A stretch of 60,175 nt of DNA from a virus (IMGVR_UViG_3300044801_000195:1-60175), one strand, 5' to 3'; positions 1 through 8,875 are shown, counted from the first letter of the stretch. The notes: generated by a model not told the origin, from the letters alone. Numbers and translations are program-made.

Positions 1-354
1 CTGCTGCCCCACGCTTCAACGCTCGGCTGGCTGCTGTCCCACGCTTCAACGCTCGGCTGGCTGCTGTCCCTCGCTTCAACGCGCGGCTGGCTGCTGTCCC
101 TCGCTTCAACGCGCGGCTGGCTGCTGTCCCTCGCTTCAACGCGCGGCTGGCTGCTGTCCCTCGCTACGACGCGCGGCCGGCTGCTGTCCCACGCTACGAC
201 GCGCGGCCGGCTGCTGTCCCACGCTTCAACGCTCGGCTGGCTGCTGTCCCTCGCTTCAACGCGCGGCTGGCTGCTGTCCCTCGCTTCAACGCGCGGCTGG
301 CTGCTGCCCCACGCTACGACGCGCGGCTGGCTGCTGCCCCACGCTACGACGCGT
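1..354. repeat. 30-bp tandem repeat array, left arm (11 full units plus a partial unit)
   Basis: Unit ctgctg(c/t)ccc(a/t)cgct(tca/acg)acgc(g/t)cggc(t/c)gg repeated in phase from base 1; encodes SS(Q/R)P(R/S)V(E/V)A(R/W)(D/G) on the minus strand. Confidence 0.98.
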
Positions 355-500
355 AGGCTCACACCACCCATAACCTTGATGAATGGCGCCGCATTTCCGC
401 CAATCTTAATATCGAAATCCCCCTTGACTAGAGTAATCTCGTAGTTTTGATCCTTCTCAAGAGCAGCATCCAACTCGGCTTGCGTCCTGATTTCTTTCAT
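1..500 (-). CDS. N-terminal part of a decapeptide-repeat (beta-solenoid-like) protein; runs off the window start and probably continues at 60175 down to 59304
   Basis: ATG at 500 overlaps the TGA of 497..1396 (ATGA coupling). Reads MKEIRTQAELDAALEKDQNYEITLVKGDFDIKIGGNAAPFIKVMGGVSLRVVAWGSSQPRV... with no stop. Not in the ORF track. Confidence 0.85.
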   Translation of the reverse strand, partial: MKEIRTQAELDAALEKDQNYEITLVKGDFDIKIGGNAAPFIKVMGGVSLRVVAWGSSQPRVVAWGSSQPRVEARDSSQPRVEARDSSQPSVEAWDSSRPRVVAWDSSRPRVVARDSSQPRVEARDSSQPRVEARDSSQPRVEARDSSQPSVEAWDSSQPSVEAWGS

Positions 501-1396
501 GCCGCTTTCCTTTCCTGATCTTCGTCGCCCCAGCCCGTCCGCCACTCGTCGGCTTCGGCCTGGCGCTCCTGTGTCCGGTATTCGCCTGGCACCGCGCGGA
601 CACTCTTGCCCGCGCGCCGGTCTGTCCGCCCGCGTTCGTAGGCGGCCTGCATCGGGTCCTCGGAAGGACCGTCTCCTTCCTCTCGATCGAATGAGGGGGC
701 GTCCGGCGACTTGAGGGGTTGCGTGGGGGCCGCCCCTCCCGCTGCGCCGGACGCCGGCGTACCCGCGAGGGATTCGGGGTACGCCATCGCGCGCTTGCCA
801 CCTCCAAGCGGGGCGCGCGAATCTGGTTCGCTGGCGAAATCTTTCTTCGCCGCGATTTCTTTAAAGTTCTGCATGCTGGGTTGAAGAGCCCTCTGCCTCG
901 GTGCATCGAGGCAGCCCCAGAACTCCCTCAACGCCACGGTTCCGTTCAGCGCCGCGGCCTTGGCCGCCTTCTCGTCATCGGCGGCGTGCGGACTTTCTGG
1001 CTCGGACTGGAGCGGTTGAACGGTGTAGGGTTTCCGGTTCGCTCGCGTTACCGTGAGCGCCATGGTGACCGGCTTATCGATGTCCGACACGTGAGAAATC
1101 CGGACACCGCCAACCGCGACGCCTCCGAACAACACCTTATCGTCCCGGTAAATCTTTATTTTCCGGCCAGTGTATGCCTTCGCGTCCGGACCCCAGAGGT
1201 TCACAAGCACGCGGCGCATACTCTTGCACGGCTTGAAAGGTTTTCCGTTGTCGCCGTCGAAGTGAATAGCTACAGGCTGGTCGGCCTCGGAGCATAGCTC
1301 GACACCTGTAATCTGAATTATCCTGCTAGCTCCGATAAGATCGTCAGCGTTCAACTGATCGCTTTTGGGCGCAATTGTTCTGCGGAGATCGATCAT
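497..1396 (-). CDS. Conserved phage protein paired with YqaJ exonuclease (putative recombination partner)
   Basis: N-terminus PKSDQLNADDLI...KPFKPCKSMRRVL...WG is typical of genes next to YqaJ; coupled to the upstream gene. Confidence 0.6.
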   Translation of the reverse strand: MIDLRRTIAPKSDQLNADDLIGASRIIQITGVELCSEADQPVAIHFDGDNGKPFKPCKSMRRVLVNLWGPDAKAYTGRKIKIYRDDKVLFGGVAVGGVRISHVSDIDKPVTMALTVTRANRKPYTVQPLQSEPESPHAADDEKAAKAAALNGTVALREFWGCLDAPRQRALQPSMQNFKEIAAKKDFASEPDSRAPLGGGKRAMAYPESLAGTPASGAAGGAAPTQPLKSPDAPSFDREEGDGPSEDPMQAAYERGRTDRRAGKSVRAVPGEYRTQERQAEADEWRTGWGDEDQERKAA

Positions 1397-2073
1397 ATGT
1401 ACATCTCCTGTTCAATGGTGCGTTTTGTTGGCATAAGGCGACGGGACTTTACCGCTTCGTTATAGAGTGCGAGTTGCTTCCGAATCGCGTTCTCGAACGC
1501 AAATGCCGCCTTCTCTATTGCAAGTTGGATGTCTGGATCGGCTTTGGCGCGGATGACATCCATCGGCAGTCCGCCACAGTAGGAGACGTAATCCCACCAT
1601 GGCCGTTCGGTAACGAGCATGGAGGTTTGGACCTGGATGATGTGCTCCTCGGGCACTTCACCAGCAACAATCGTCGAAAATTGATATTTTTGCCGGCGCG
1701 ATTTGCATTCTATCCCGCCATCGCCGCCAACTAGGCCATCTGGCGAGCACCCGACAGTGAACCCCCATTTATCGTTAGTGACAAACCCCGTCTTCTCTAC
1801 GGGGGCGTAGCGTTGGCCGTAGGCGAACACCGCAACAATCTCGTCTTCCTTGCCGCGCAGCATGTCATCGCTGATATAGGACGGTTCGACATACTGAGTA
1901 ATGCGCTGAGCCGCCAGTTCATTCAGGTGTGACCGCGATGCGGGATTGTCCGCATACTTAAGAGTTTTTGCGGTGATGATGTATTTCATCTCGCTCGCCG
2001 TGAGTATGCCGCAACGAAGGGCGTACCACTCGTCGCTGCCTTGCTCGATTTCCGGGTAATATCTAATCGCCAT
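1393..2073 (-). CDS. YqaJ / lambda-exonuclease family recombinase-nuclease
   Basis: EQGSDEWYALRCGILTASE, GCSPDGLV, GIECKS and QVQ motifs. Confidence 0.93.
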   Translation of the reverse strand: MAIRYYPEIEQGSDEWYALRCGILTASEMKYIITAKTLKYADNPASRSHLNELAAQRITQYVEPSYISDDMLRGKEDEIVAVFAYGQRYAPVEKTGFVTNDKWGFTVGCSPDGLVGGDGGIECKSRRQKYQFSTIVAGEVPEEHIIQVQTSMLVTERPWWDYVSYCGGLPMDVIRAKADPDIQLAIEKAAFAFENAIRKQLALYNEAVKSRRLMPTKRTIEQEMYI

Positions 2074-2094
2074 GGTATCTATTTCTCCAGAGTC

Positions 2095-2325
2095 TCACGA
2101 TATCCCTCCATCTTTCAGTGCCCGGATCGACATCGCGATCCGCCGGGCGGCGCCCGCGCCGGCGAGCAGATCGGACCGCCCCAAACCGGATTCGTAATCG
2201 GCACGATTTTCAAGCCGTGCCGCTTCGGCATCGGCAACAAACGCGGCGAGTTCGATAAGGGCGCCATCCAAAGCCACGATACCCTCATGGACGATGCTTT
2301 CGATTTCCCGTGAAGCGATCTTCAT
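2095..2325 (-). CDS. Hypothetical protein (start at MKIASRE)
   Basis: ATG overlaps the stop of 2322..2618; purine-rich RBS upstream. Confidence 0.55.
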   Translation of the reverse strand: MKIASREIESIVHEGIVALDGALIELAAFVADAEAARLENRADYESGLGRSDLLAGAGAARRIAMSIRALKDGGIS

Positions 2326-2600
2326 GACGGCCTTTCTTTCCTGACGGAAACGGAAACGGAGACGCATGACGCCTTGATAATACCAAGCAGCTCGAAGGCA
2401 TCGTGGGGGGTCGCGTCATGGCGGCCGGCAAGCGCGGTAATCCGCATCTCGATGGAACGCAGCGTTTTTTCGAGTTCGGCGACGCGGGTGTTGCGAAGTT
2501 CGAGCATCGACTGGAGCCGCGTCGAATGGATGCAAAGCTCGTTGGCGCTCCGCATGACGATGCACTGCAGTTCATCGAGGGGTGAGGTTTCGATGGTCAT
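2322..2600 (-). CDS. Hypothetical coiled-coil protein (start at MTIETS)
   Basis: Coupled chain of early-left small ORFs; GGAG RBS. Confidence 0.55.
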   Translation of the reverse strand: MTIETSPLDELQCIVMRSANELCIHSTRLQSMLELRNTRVAELEKTLRSIEMRITALAGRHDATPHDAFELLGIIKASCVSVSVSVRKERPS

Positions 2601-2959
2601 TGCTCCGCCTCCTCGCACGGTATCGCGTCGACGAGGTTGATGGTGCGCGGAGACGGGGCGAGACGTTTGGGGTTAACGCTCATGGCCCCGCCTCCGCGCT
2701 TCTCGCCAGCGCCGCCAAGGGGGCAGGCGGGCCGGGGAAATTTAAGTGGCACATGACCGTCCACGGCGATGCGTTGGGCGAGCGCCGCGATCTCAATGGC
2801 GCAGGCTACGCCATCGCCATGGCTTGTCGCCGTCAGCAGCTCCGATGCCGCCGCGAACAGGCGCGCCATGCAAAGACGCGGATCGCCATATTGCGCACGG
2901 TCACGCACAACCGCGAAGGCGGCGCGCTGGCGGAAGTCTTGATCGGACATCGCGCTCAT
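2597..2959 (-). CDS. Hypothetical protein
   Basis: Overlapping start and stop with neighbours. Confidence 0.5.
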   Translation of the reverse strand: MSAMSDQDFRQRAAFAVVRDRAQYGDPRLCMARLFAAASELLTATSHGDGVACAIEIAALAQRIAVDGHVPLKFPRPACPLGGAGEKRGGGAMSVNPKRLAPSPRTINLVDAIPCEEAEQ

Positions 2960-3159
2960 GACTGGCCTCCTTCCTCGGGAGTGAGGGTGGGATTGAGGTG
3001 AAGCAACCGGAAAGCCTTGCCTGCTTCTTCGGCCGCGATGCTCAGATTTTGCACGGCGGCCACCGCGCCAACCAGGGGCTTGCCATCCGCGTTTAGGCGC
3101 CAGGCTTCCAAGAGGACCGCGATGGCGGCGTGGATATGCATGAGATAAATGCCATTCAT
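2956..3159 (-). CDS. Hypothetical protein
   Basis: ATGA-coupled ORF in the early-left operon. Confidence 0.55.
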   Translation of the reverse strand: MNGIYLMHIHAAIAVLLEAWRLNADGKPLVGAVAAVQNLSIAAEEAGKAFRLLHLNPTLTPEEGGQS

Positions 3160-3347
3160 GGAGAGGTCCTCGCCTTTTTAGATTTGCGCCGGCGTTGTTT
3201 GGACGGCTTGGTTTTGACTTGCTCCAGTTTCCGCTCGCTATCCCCGCAGCTAGGGCACATCACGGGATAACCCGCGCGGGTGTCGAGATACTCTCCGCAG
3301 CAAGAGCAGCAGGTGCCGTCGAGCATCATTTCCGCGTATTCGCCCAT
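3156..3347 (-). CDS. Small zinc-finger protein (MGEYAEMMLDGTCCSCCG...CPSC)
   Basis: Two CxxC pairs; MGEYAEMMLDG is a recurrent phage small-protein N-terminus. Confidence 0.7.
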   Translation of the reverse strand: MGEYAEMMLDGTCCSCCGEYLDTRAGYPVMCPSCGDSERKLEQVKTKPSKQRRRKSKKARTSP

Positions 3348-3787
3348 CACGCGGCCTTCCTCTGTGAGATGGCGAGAAAGGCGCGGTAGCCCCGTCCCAC
3401 GATGCGTTTCCAATCGGTGGCGGCGTGATCGCGGAAGGCGTTCTCGATGCCGCCCCAGTCGAGCTTCACGAAGTCTTCGGCGGCGTTGGCGATGCCGCCT
3501 TCAAGCTCTTGGGCGTCCTGTTCGCTGCCCCAGAACAGGTTGCGGATTTCGATATCGGAATCTTCGTCGTCCTGGACCAGGCGCATGAAGAGCTGGACGA
3601 CGCCGAACCCGCGCTTGGGTTCGACGAAGGCAAGCGCGCCGTCTTTGGTGCAGAACAGCCCGGCTTCGAGTTCGCAAAGATATAAGAGGGGGTAGACTGG
3701 ACCGTCATTGGGCAGCTCGTGCCCAAAGCGGCCGTCGATCTGGATAAGGGTCATTGGAGGTGGCCTTGCGATGTATGATCTACTCAT
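3347..3787 (-). CDS. Hypothetical protein, first gene of the left operon
   Basis: 146-aa ORF downstream of the PL-like promoter. Confidence 0.6.
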   Translation of the reverse strand: MSRSYIARPPPMTLIQIDGRFGHELPNDGPVYPLLYLCELEAGLFCTKDGALAFVEPKRGFGVVQLFMRLVQDDEDSDIEIRNLFWGSEQDAQELEGGIANAAEDFVKLDWGGIENAFRDHAATDWKRIVGRGYRAFLAISQRKAA

Positions 3788-3842
3788 CCATACAAGCGCA
3801 GGCTGAAGCGCCCGTCAAGCAAAAACTTATGAAAATCTCATA
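3774..3842 (-). promoter_or_regulatory. PL-like promoter (-35 TTGACG at 3818-3813) flanked by two operator palindromes
   Basis: TATGA-TCTAC-TCATC (3774-3788) and TATGA-AAATC-TCATA (3828-3842). Confidence 0.65.
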
Positions 3843-3854
3843 TATGCGAAAAAG

Positions 3855-4523
3855 TCAGAAATCGATGATCGCCGAGCGGACCCGGCCAAGGATGTAGTTA
3901 TCCTTGTCCGGCACGAATGTAATGGTTTCAAAGGATATGTTCGAGGGCGTGAGCACGATGTAGGTGACTCCATCCTGGATCGTGCGTCCGAACCGCCGCA
4001 CGAGCGCTTCCTGGAAACCCTTGACGATGGCCATCACCAAATCGCCAGGCTGCGGTTCGCTGGCCGGATCGGTGATCGCGATGTCTCCCGGTTTCAGCGA
4101 TGGCACAATTCGTTGGACCATCGATTTATCGGTGATTGAAACGGCGAACGCAGTATGTGGCGTATCCTTAGGCATGGCAATGTACTCAACAGGTTCTGCT
4201 GGAAGTACATTATCTCTAATTTGTGCAAAAATCATCAATTCTTTTAGCGCATAGAGAGGAATTTGCTTAAGAGGAACAATTAATTGCGAAATTTTGTGCG
4301 GCTTGATGGGTGCTTCCCCGCCTTTGCCGTACAAAAGCCAATCGACGGACACCGCGAAAAACCGGGCATAGCGAATTAGCTCCTTCCGAGGAATTAAGCC
4401 GTACCGTTCGTGCCCCGAATAGGTGGAATAAACGACTCCAATGGCTGCAGCCGCCTTGCGAGCCGATTTATAGCCTCGCTTCTCGCGCGCCCGTTTTAAT
4501 CGTGTTCCCATGTGGTCATTCAT
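3855..4523 (-). CDS. cI: CI-like repressor (XRE HTH plus S24/LexA peptidase domain)
   Basis: N-terminal HTH (RLKRAREKRG...YSGHERYG...VSVDWLLYGKG); C-terminal S24-like FAVSITDKSM...PGDIAITDP...PQPGDLV; divergent from a Cro-like gene. Confidence 0.9.
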   Translation of the reverse strand: MNDHMGTRLKRAREKRGYKSARKAAAAIGVVYSTYSGHERYGLIPRKELIRYARFFAVSVDWLLYGKGGEAPIKPHKISQLIVPLKQIPLYALKELMIFAQIRDNVLPAEPVEYIAMPKDTPHTAFAVSITDKSMVQRIVPSLKPGDIAITDPASEPQPGDLVMAIVKGFQEALVRRFGRTIQDGVTYIVLTPSNISFETITFVPDKDNYILGRVRSAIIDF

Positions 4524-4592
4524 AATGAATTTTTCATAACCGCTGCAACTATGAATTGGCCATTGACGGAATTTATGGATTGCTCATATGCT
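4524..4592 (+). promoter_or_regulatory. OR/PR region: three operator-like palindromes and a sigma70-type promoter
   Basis: AATGA-N5-TCATA (4524-4538), TATGA-N5-CCATT (4550-4564), TATGG-N5-TCATA (4574-4588); TTGACG (4563-68), 18 bp, TATGCT (4587-92). Confidence 0.7.
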
Positions 4593-4598
4593 AAGCGC

Positions 4599-4910
4599 AT
4601 GACACATAAGGTTAATTTATCCACGCATGCGGAGCTAATGCGCGGCTTGGGGGGCTACAAAGCGGTGTCCGAGGCGTTGACGGGGGCGTTAGCCGAGGAC
4701 GTTCCCTATCCGACCGTCGCCTCGTGGGCGGTCAACGGTATCCCGGTGCGCGTTTGGACGGAATTCATCGCCTTCGCGAAGGACGCGGGCGTCACGGTTA
4801 CAGCCGACGAATTGCTGCGCACCCGTCCGCGGCGGACGAAGATCGAGCGGCGGATAAGGCGTAAACACTCGCGCGCTGGAATCGCGGCAAGTCATGGGGT
4901 GGCGTCATGA
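4599..4910 (+). CDS. Cro-like HTH protein (probable start MTHKVN at 4599)
   Basis: HAELMRGLGGYKAVSEAL...TVASWAVNGIPVRVW; divergent from CI. Confidence 0.75.
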   Translation: MTHKVNLSTHAELMRGLGGYKAVSEALTGALAEDVPYPTVASWAVNGIPVRVWTEFIAFAKDAGVTVTADELLRTRPRRTKIERRIRRKHSRAGIAASHGVAS

Positions 4911-5455
4911 CGGCCACTCATGCGAGGGCGGCATGGCCCGTGGAACTATTCGAGAAAGCCGCGGCAATGTGGCGCGAAGGCGCATCGGGCGCCATGATAG
5001 GCGCCGCCATCGGCAAAACCCGTGAGGCGATCATAGGGGCGATGCATAGGGCTGGCGTCCGGCAAGGTTCAAAAAACTCCGCGAACGACAAGCGATTCAA
5101 GCCAGGACCGCGGAGAAACTATCGGGCCGCGCCCATGGCGCAATCGAAATTCAGGCTATTCCCAATCCTCGGCGCCAGCAATGAAATCAGGCGGAATCCG
5201 CCCGCACCGGTCAAGATGGACACAATCCCTTCCGCGCCTGAATCGCTGCGTCTGCCCATGACACAACTTGAGACCGGCCGGTGCCACTGGCCAACCCATG
5301 AGCAAGGCGGCCTGCATCTTTTCTGCGGCCAGCCCACCGATCCCTTTTAGGTCTATTGCCCTTGTCATGGCCGGGCGGTCACCGGCCGTGGAATGCGTCA
5401 ACTAAAGGCTCAAGCCAAAGCCGCGCAATGGAGTTCGTGCAATGCTGGATGTTGA
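4907..5455 (+). pseudogene. gcrA: GcrA-family cell-cycle regulator interrupted by an in-frame TAG at 5348-5350
   Basis: N-terminal W..G.S...IG..IG.TREAIIG..HR; C-terminal CHWP...FCG.P; the expected YCxxH (VYCPCH) follows in frame after the TAG, ending at TGA 5453-55. Confidence 0.8.
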
Positions 5456-5475
5456 GAGCTGGCTGAAGTCCAAGG

Positions 5476-5910
5476 ATGGCTAGAAAGCGATGGATGCCTT
5501 GCGCCAAGGCGATGGATGCCTTGCGCCAAGGCGATGACCTGAAAGCGGTCGCAACGCGCTTTAAGGTCTCGCAGGATTACTTAAACCGCGCCATTGCATT
5601 CTCGCGAGTGCTGCCGCCGTGGGCGGTAGAGGCGGTCAGGATGTACAAAGCCGGAAACTTGATCGGCGAGATCAAGCGGAAAACCGGTGTCACCCATAGG
5701 GTGCTTTACCACGCGCTCACTGAAATGCATGTCGATTACCGCCACAAGCACTATTCGGCCGGTGCGGGCGCTTGGTGCGCTTGGTGCGGAGACCCGCTCC
5801 CCGCCGGCTTCAACCGCAAAACATGCGACGGCGAATGTTTAAGCGAGTTGATGTCCGATTATGCACGCCGGCGCCACCGGGCCAAGGAGGAGTTCCAATC
5901 ATGCGCGTAA
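5476..5910 (+). CDS. HTH plus zinc-finger protein with a rearranged 5' end
   Basis: CAWC...TCDGEC; 22-bp tandem duplication at 5487-5530. Confidence 0.6.
   Translation: MARKRWMPCAKAMDALRQGDDLKAVATRFKVSQDYLNRAIAFSRVLPPWAVEAVRMYKAGNLIGEIKRKTGVTHRVLYHALTEMHVDYRHKHYSAGAGAWCAWCGDPLPAGFNRKTCDGECLSELMSDYARRRHRAKEEFQSCA
5487..5536 (+). repeat. 22-bp tandem duplication gcgatggatgccttgcgccaag (two copies plus a partial)
   Basis: Exact copies at 5487-5508 and 5509-5530. Confidence 0.95.
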
Positions 5911-6176
5911 ACGGCATCGATCTGACCCCTTTCTCTCCCCAGCAGCAAGTCTTCATTTCGACGCTGGCGCTGCGCCACCCTGGCCTCGTTAGCAGCCGCG
6001 AGCTGATCGAGGCGATCTTTCCCGATCCCGATGAAGAGCCCGATGGCGCCGCCCGCATCGTCAACGTCCAGGCCCATAGAATCCGCGCGAGATGGAATAA
6101 TCGCGACTGGCGTCTCGCCTCGCGTCTCGGGCGCAGCGGCGGCTATTATCTGGAGCGTATCCATGCCGGCGATTAA
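5901..6176 (+). CDS. Stand-alone OmpR/CtrA-type winged-helix DNA-binding domain
   Basis: VSSRELIEAIF...EPDGAARIVNVQAHRIRAR...GRSGGYYL resembles Trans_reg_C; GGAGGAG RBS. Confidence 0.7.
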   Translation: MRVNGIDLTPFSPQQQVFISTLALRHPGLVSSRELIEAIFPDPDEEPDGAARIVNVQAHRIRARWNNRDWRLASRLGRSGGYYLERIHAGD

Positions 6177-6636
6177 GTGTGCGCTGCTGGGCATCGCGGT
6201 GGACGCTCAAATCAAGTCGTCCAAAACGGGCAAGGAATATCTCGCCATCGAGCTGGCTGGCGACGATGAAGATGGCGACAAGCTCTGGGTCGCGTCCTTC
6301 CAGGGCGTGAAGCGATTGGTCGAGATCATCAAGCCGGGTTCGCATCTCTACATCAAGGGCAAGGTCAAGCTCAACCGCTGGACTGGCTCGGATGGCGTTG
6401 CGCGCGCCGCACTCGCGATCACCGCCTCGGAGGTCGAGGTTTTGTTCGAACGCGAACCCACTCTCGATTTGAACGGCCGCAAAGCCCGCGGCGCGGGCGC
6501 TTACATGGCCGGCGGTCCTGGAACCGAGTTTACGTCCGTGCCCGCGCCCAAGGACGGCAAGACTAGGCACGAGCGCCCCTTCGACGATCCCATAGACGAC
6601 ATTATGCACGGCCCGGACCAGCAACCCAACGCATGA
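6163..6636 (+). CDS. Single-stranded DNA-binding protein (divergent copy)
   Basis: OB-fold motifs KSSKTGKEY, PGSHLYIKGKVKLNRWTGSDG; acidic PFDDPI tail. Confidence 0.8.
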   Translation: MPAIKCALLGIAVDAQIKSSKTGKEYLAIELAGDDEDGDKLWVASFQGVKRLVEIIKPGSHLYIKGKVKLNRWTGSDGVARAALAITASEVEVLFEREPTLDLNGRKARGAGAYMAGGPGTEFTSVPAPKDGKTRHERPFDDPIDDIMHGPDQQPNA

Positions 6637-6643
6637 GGTCTTC

Positions 6644-8665
6644 ATGGCCTTCGACGCCCATGCGGCCATCGCAGGCCATGAAGGCAAGGTTTTGGCGGCC
6701 CTCGGTATTGCGTGGCCGTCCGCCGGGCGGAAGCATATTAAGTGTCCGCTCGGCACTCATGAGGATAACGATCCGTCCTGGCGCTGGGATGATAACGGCC
6801 GGCGCTGGTATTGCACATGCGGCGAAGGACATGGAAGCATCTTCGACGCGGTGATGCAGATCAAGGGCATCGAGTTCAAGGAAGCCGTCAGTTTTGCGAT
6901 GGACGTGGCGGGGCTTTCACAACAAACCGCGAGTGTAAAGCCGCAAGCTGCTAATGGGCATGCGAACGGCCATGCAAAGGCCCAGGCGCCGGCGGCTCAC
7001 TCCCGCCCGGCGAAGCAGCCGGCCGCGGCCGATCTGCGCCATTTCCAATATGGGGCGCCATCCCGCTTCTGGACCTATCAGCTCGCCGATTATAGCCTCG
7101 TCGAGGTCCGCGCCCGGTATGACGGCGAGACTGTCGAAACGCTCGCGGGGAAGGCCAAGGAAGTTATCCCGTGGCGCTGGAACGGGCACAAATGGGTCAT
7201 TGGCCAGATGGCGGGCCCCCGCCCCCTCTACCGCCTGCCGGATATCGCGACGGACCGGGAGGCGCCAATCCTTGTGACCGAGGGCGAGAAGGCTGCCGAT
7301 AAGGGTCAGGAACTTTTCCAGGATTATATCGCCACCACGGCGTCCGGCGGCGCCAAGGCTCATGCCGGCATGGATTGGAGCGTGCTCAAGGGCCGCGATA
7401 TCACGATCTGGCCTGACAATGACGAAGAGGGCCGCGCTTACGCCCAAGCCGTGGCCACGCATGCCAGGAACGCCGGGGCCGCCTGTGTGCGCATCGTACA
7501 AGTCCCGGAAAGCTGGCCGCACAAATGCGACCTGGCCGACGAGCTGCCCGATAGCGCCGATCTGCGCGAGATGCTGGACGAGGCCAAAGAGTTCAACGGC
7601 ACCGGAGACGATCCTGAATTCCCGGTCATAAACGCCGCCGAGCTCGTGAAGACGCGCGCTCCAAAACGGCAATGGCTGGTGGAGAATTGGATACCGCATC
7701 GCGACGTATCGGCGCTAGGTGCCGATGGCGGAACGGGAAAGAGTCTGCTGGCGCTGCAGCTCGCCGTCGCTGTCGCCGCCAGTGTGAGCTGGATGTGCCT
7801 GGACGTGAGGCCGGGCCCCGCGCTTTATGTGAGTGCGGAGGATGACAAAGACGAACTGCACTACCGGATAGAGCAAATCGTGGAAAACTCAGCACTTCCT
7901 TTGGATTTGTCGAAACTCACCTTGATTAATCTCGCTGGAAAAAACGCCATATTAGCCGTTCCTGGACCCAAGGGGCTACTTCTGGAAACCGATGAGTTCG
8001 CAAAGCTCGACGCGGTCATAGCTGCGTTGAAGCCACGGCTTGTGGTGTTCGACAGCCTAGCCGATTTCTTTGGCGGCAATGAGATCGATCGTGCCCACGT
8101 CCGCGGCTTCGTCACCATGCTTCGCAAGCGCACAATGCTTTACGATTGTGCCGGCCTATTGCTCATTCATCCCTCCGTCGACGGCATGAAAACCGGACGC
8201 GGCTATTCGGGCTCGACGCATTGGAATAATGCCGTCCGGTCCCGGATGTACATGACCGTTCCCGGCGGCGAGGATGGCGACGAACCGGACCCTGATTTGC
8301 GCATGGTCGAGCTTATGAAAGTCAACCGCACGCGAAAGGGCCAGAAAATGTGGATGCGGTTTAAGGACGGCATCTTCGAACCGGAAGCGCGCGCCTCCCT
8401 GCCCGCCTTCGAGAGCCAGCTTGCTTGTGAGAATCAGCTGCTGAAGCTTGTCCGCGCCATCAACGAATCGGGGCGGGAAGTAAGTCCGCATCTGGGGAGG
8501 AATTATATGCCATCGATGGCCGCCAAGCACCCCGAAAGTCGTGGCTACAAAGCGCGCGATTACGAGCGCGCCATGGAGACCTTGCTGGGCTCTGGTAAAC
8601 TTAAGGTTGCAACTTATGGCCCCCCCTCAAAGCAGCGCTCACGGTTGGAGATAGCCCCATGTTAG
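6644..8665 (+). CDS. Primase-helicase (zinc finger, TOPRIM, RepA/AAA_25 helicase)
   Basis: CPLGTHEDNDPS...CTC; VTEGEKAAD; WPDNDEEG; Walker A ADGGTGKS; VVFDSLAD; YSGSTHW. Confidence 0.92.
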   Translation: MAFDAHAAIAGHEGKVLAALGIAWPSAGRKHIKCPLGTHEDNDPSWRWDDNGRRWYCTCGEGHGSIFDAVMQIKGIEFKEAVSFAMDVAGLSQQTASVKPQAANGHANGHAKAQAPAAHSRPAKQPAAADLRHFQYGAPSRFWTYQLADYSLVEVRARYDGETVETLAGKAKEVIPWRWNGHKWVIGQMAGPRPLYRLPDIATDREAPILVTEGEKAADKGQELFQDYIATTASGGAKAHAGMDWSVLKGRDITIWPDNDEEGRAYAQAVATHARNAGAACVRIVQVPESWPHKCDLADELPDSADLREMLDEAKEFNGTGDDPEFPVINAAELVKTRAPKRQWLVENWIPHRDVSALGADGGTGKSLLALQLAVAVAASVSWMCLDVRPGPALYVSAEDDKDELHYRIEQIVENSALPLDLSKLTLINLAGKNAILAVPGPKGLLLETDEFAKLDAVIAALKPRLVVFDSLADFFGGNEIDRAHVRGFVTMLRKRTMLYDCAGLLLIHPSVDGMKTGRGYSGSTHWNNAVRSRMYMTVPGGEDGDEPDPDLRMVELMKVNRTRKGQKMWMRFKDGIFEPEARASLPAFESQLACENQLLKLVRAINESGREVSPHLGRNYMPSMAAKHPESRGYKARDYERAMETLLGSGKLKVATYGPPSKQRSRLEIAPC

Positions 8666-8674
8666 AATATTTTT

Positions 8675-8875
8675 GCTTCCATCCCCCCTGCCAACGGAAT
8701 ATTATTCTCTTCCAACGGGCCTGCCAGCGGCCTTCCAACCGGCTTCCAACCGGCTTCCAAGGGGGGTGCCTTCCATCCCCCCCCGTACCCCCCCCTCACG
8801 CGCATACACGCGCGTAAGGAAATTCATCCCCGCCCTTCCAACGCCAGGCCGCTTGGAAGGCGGCCCGCCGTTGAA
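8675..8875. repeat. Cluster of CTTCCA(AC) direct repeats with C/G tracts, candidate replication origin
   Basis: cttccaac recurs, including tandem ggcttccaacc units near 8730-8760, with an inverted ttggaag near 8853; immediately after the primase-helicase. Confidence 0.55.

Noticed and set aside
5348-5483. Genome-wide TAG recoding
   Set aside because: Only two local in-frame TAGs; TAG ends apparently complete genes elsewhere (8665, 21437, 31210), and no suppressor tRNA is present.
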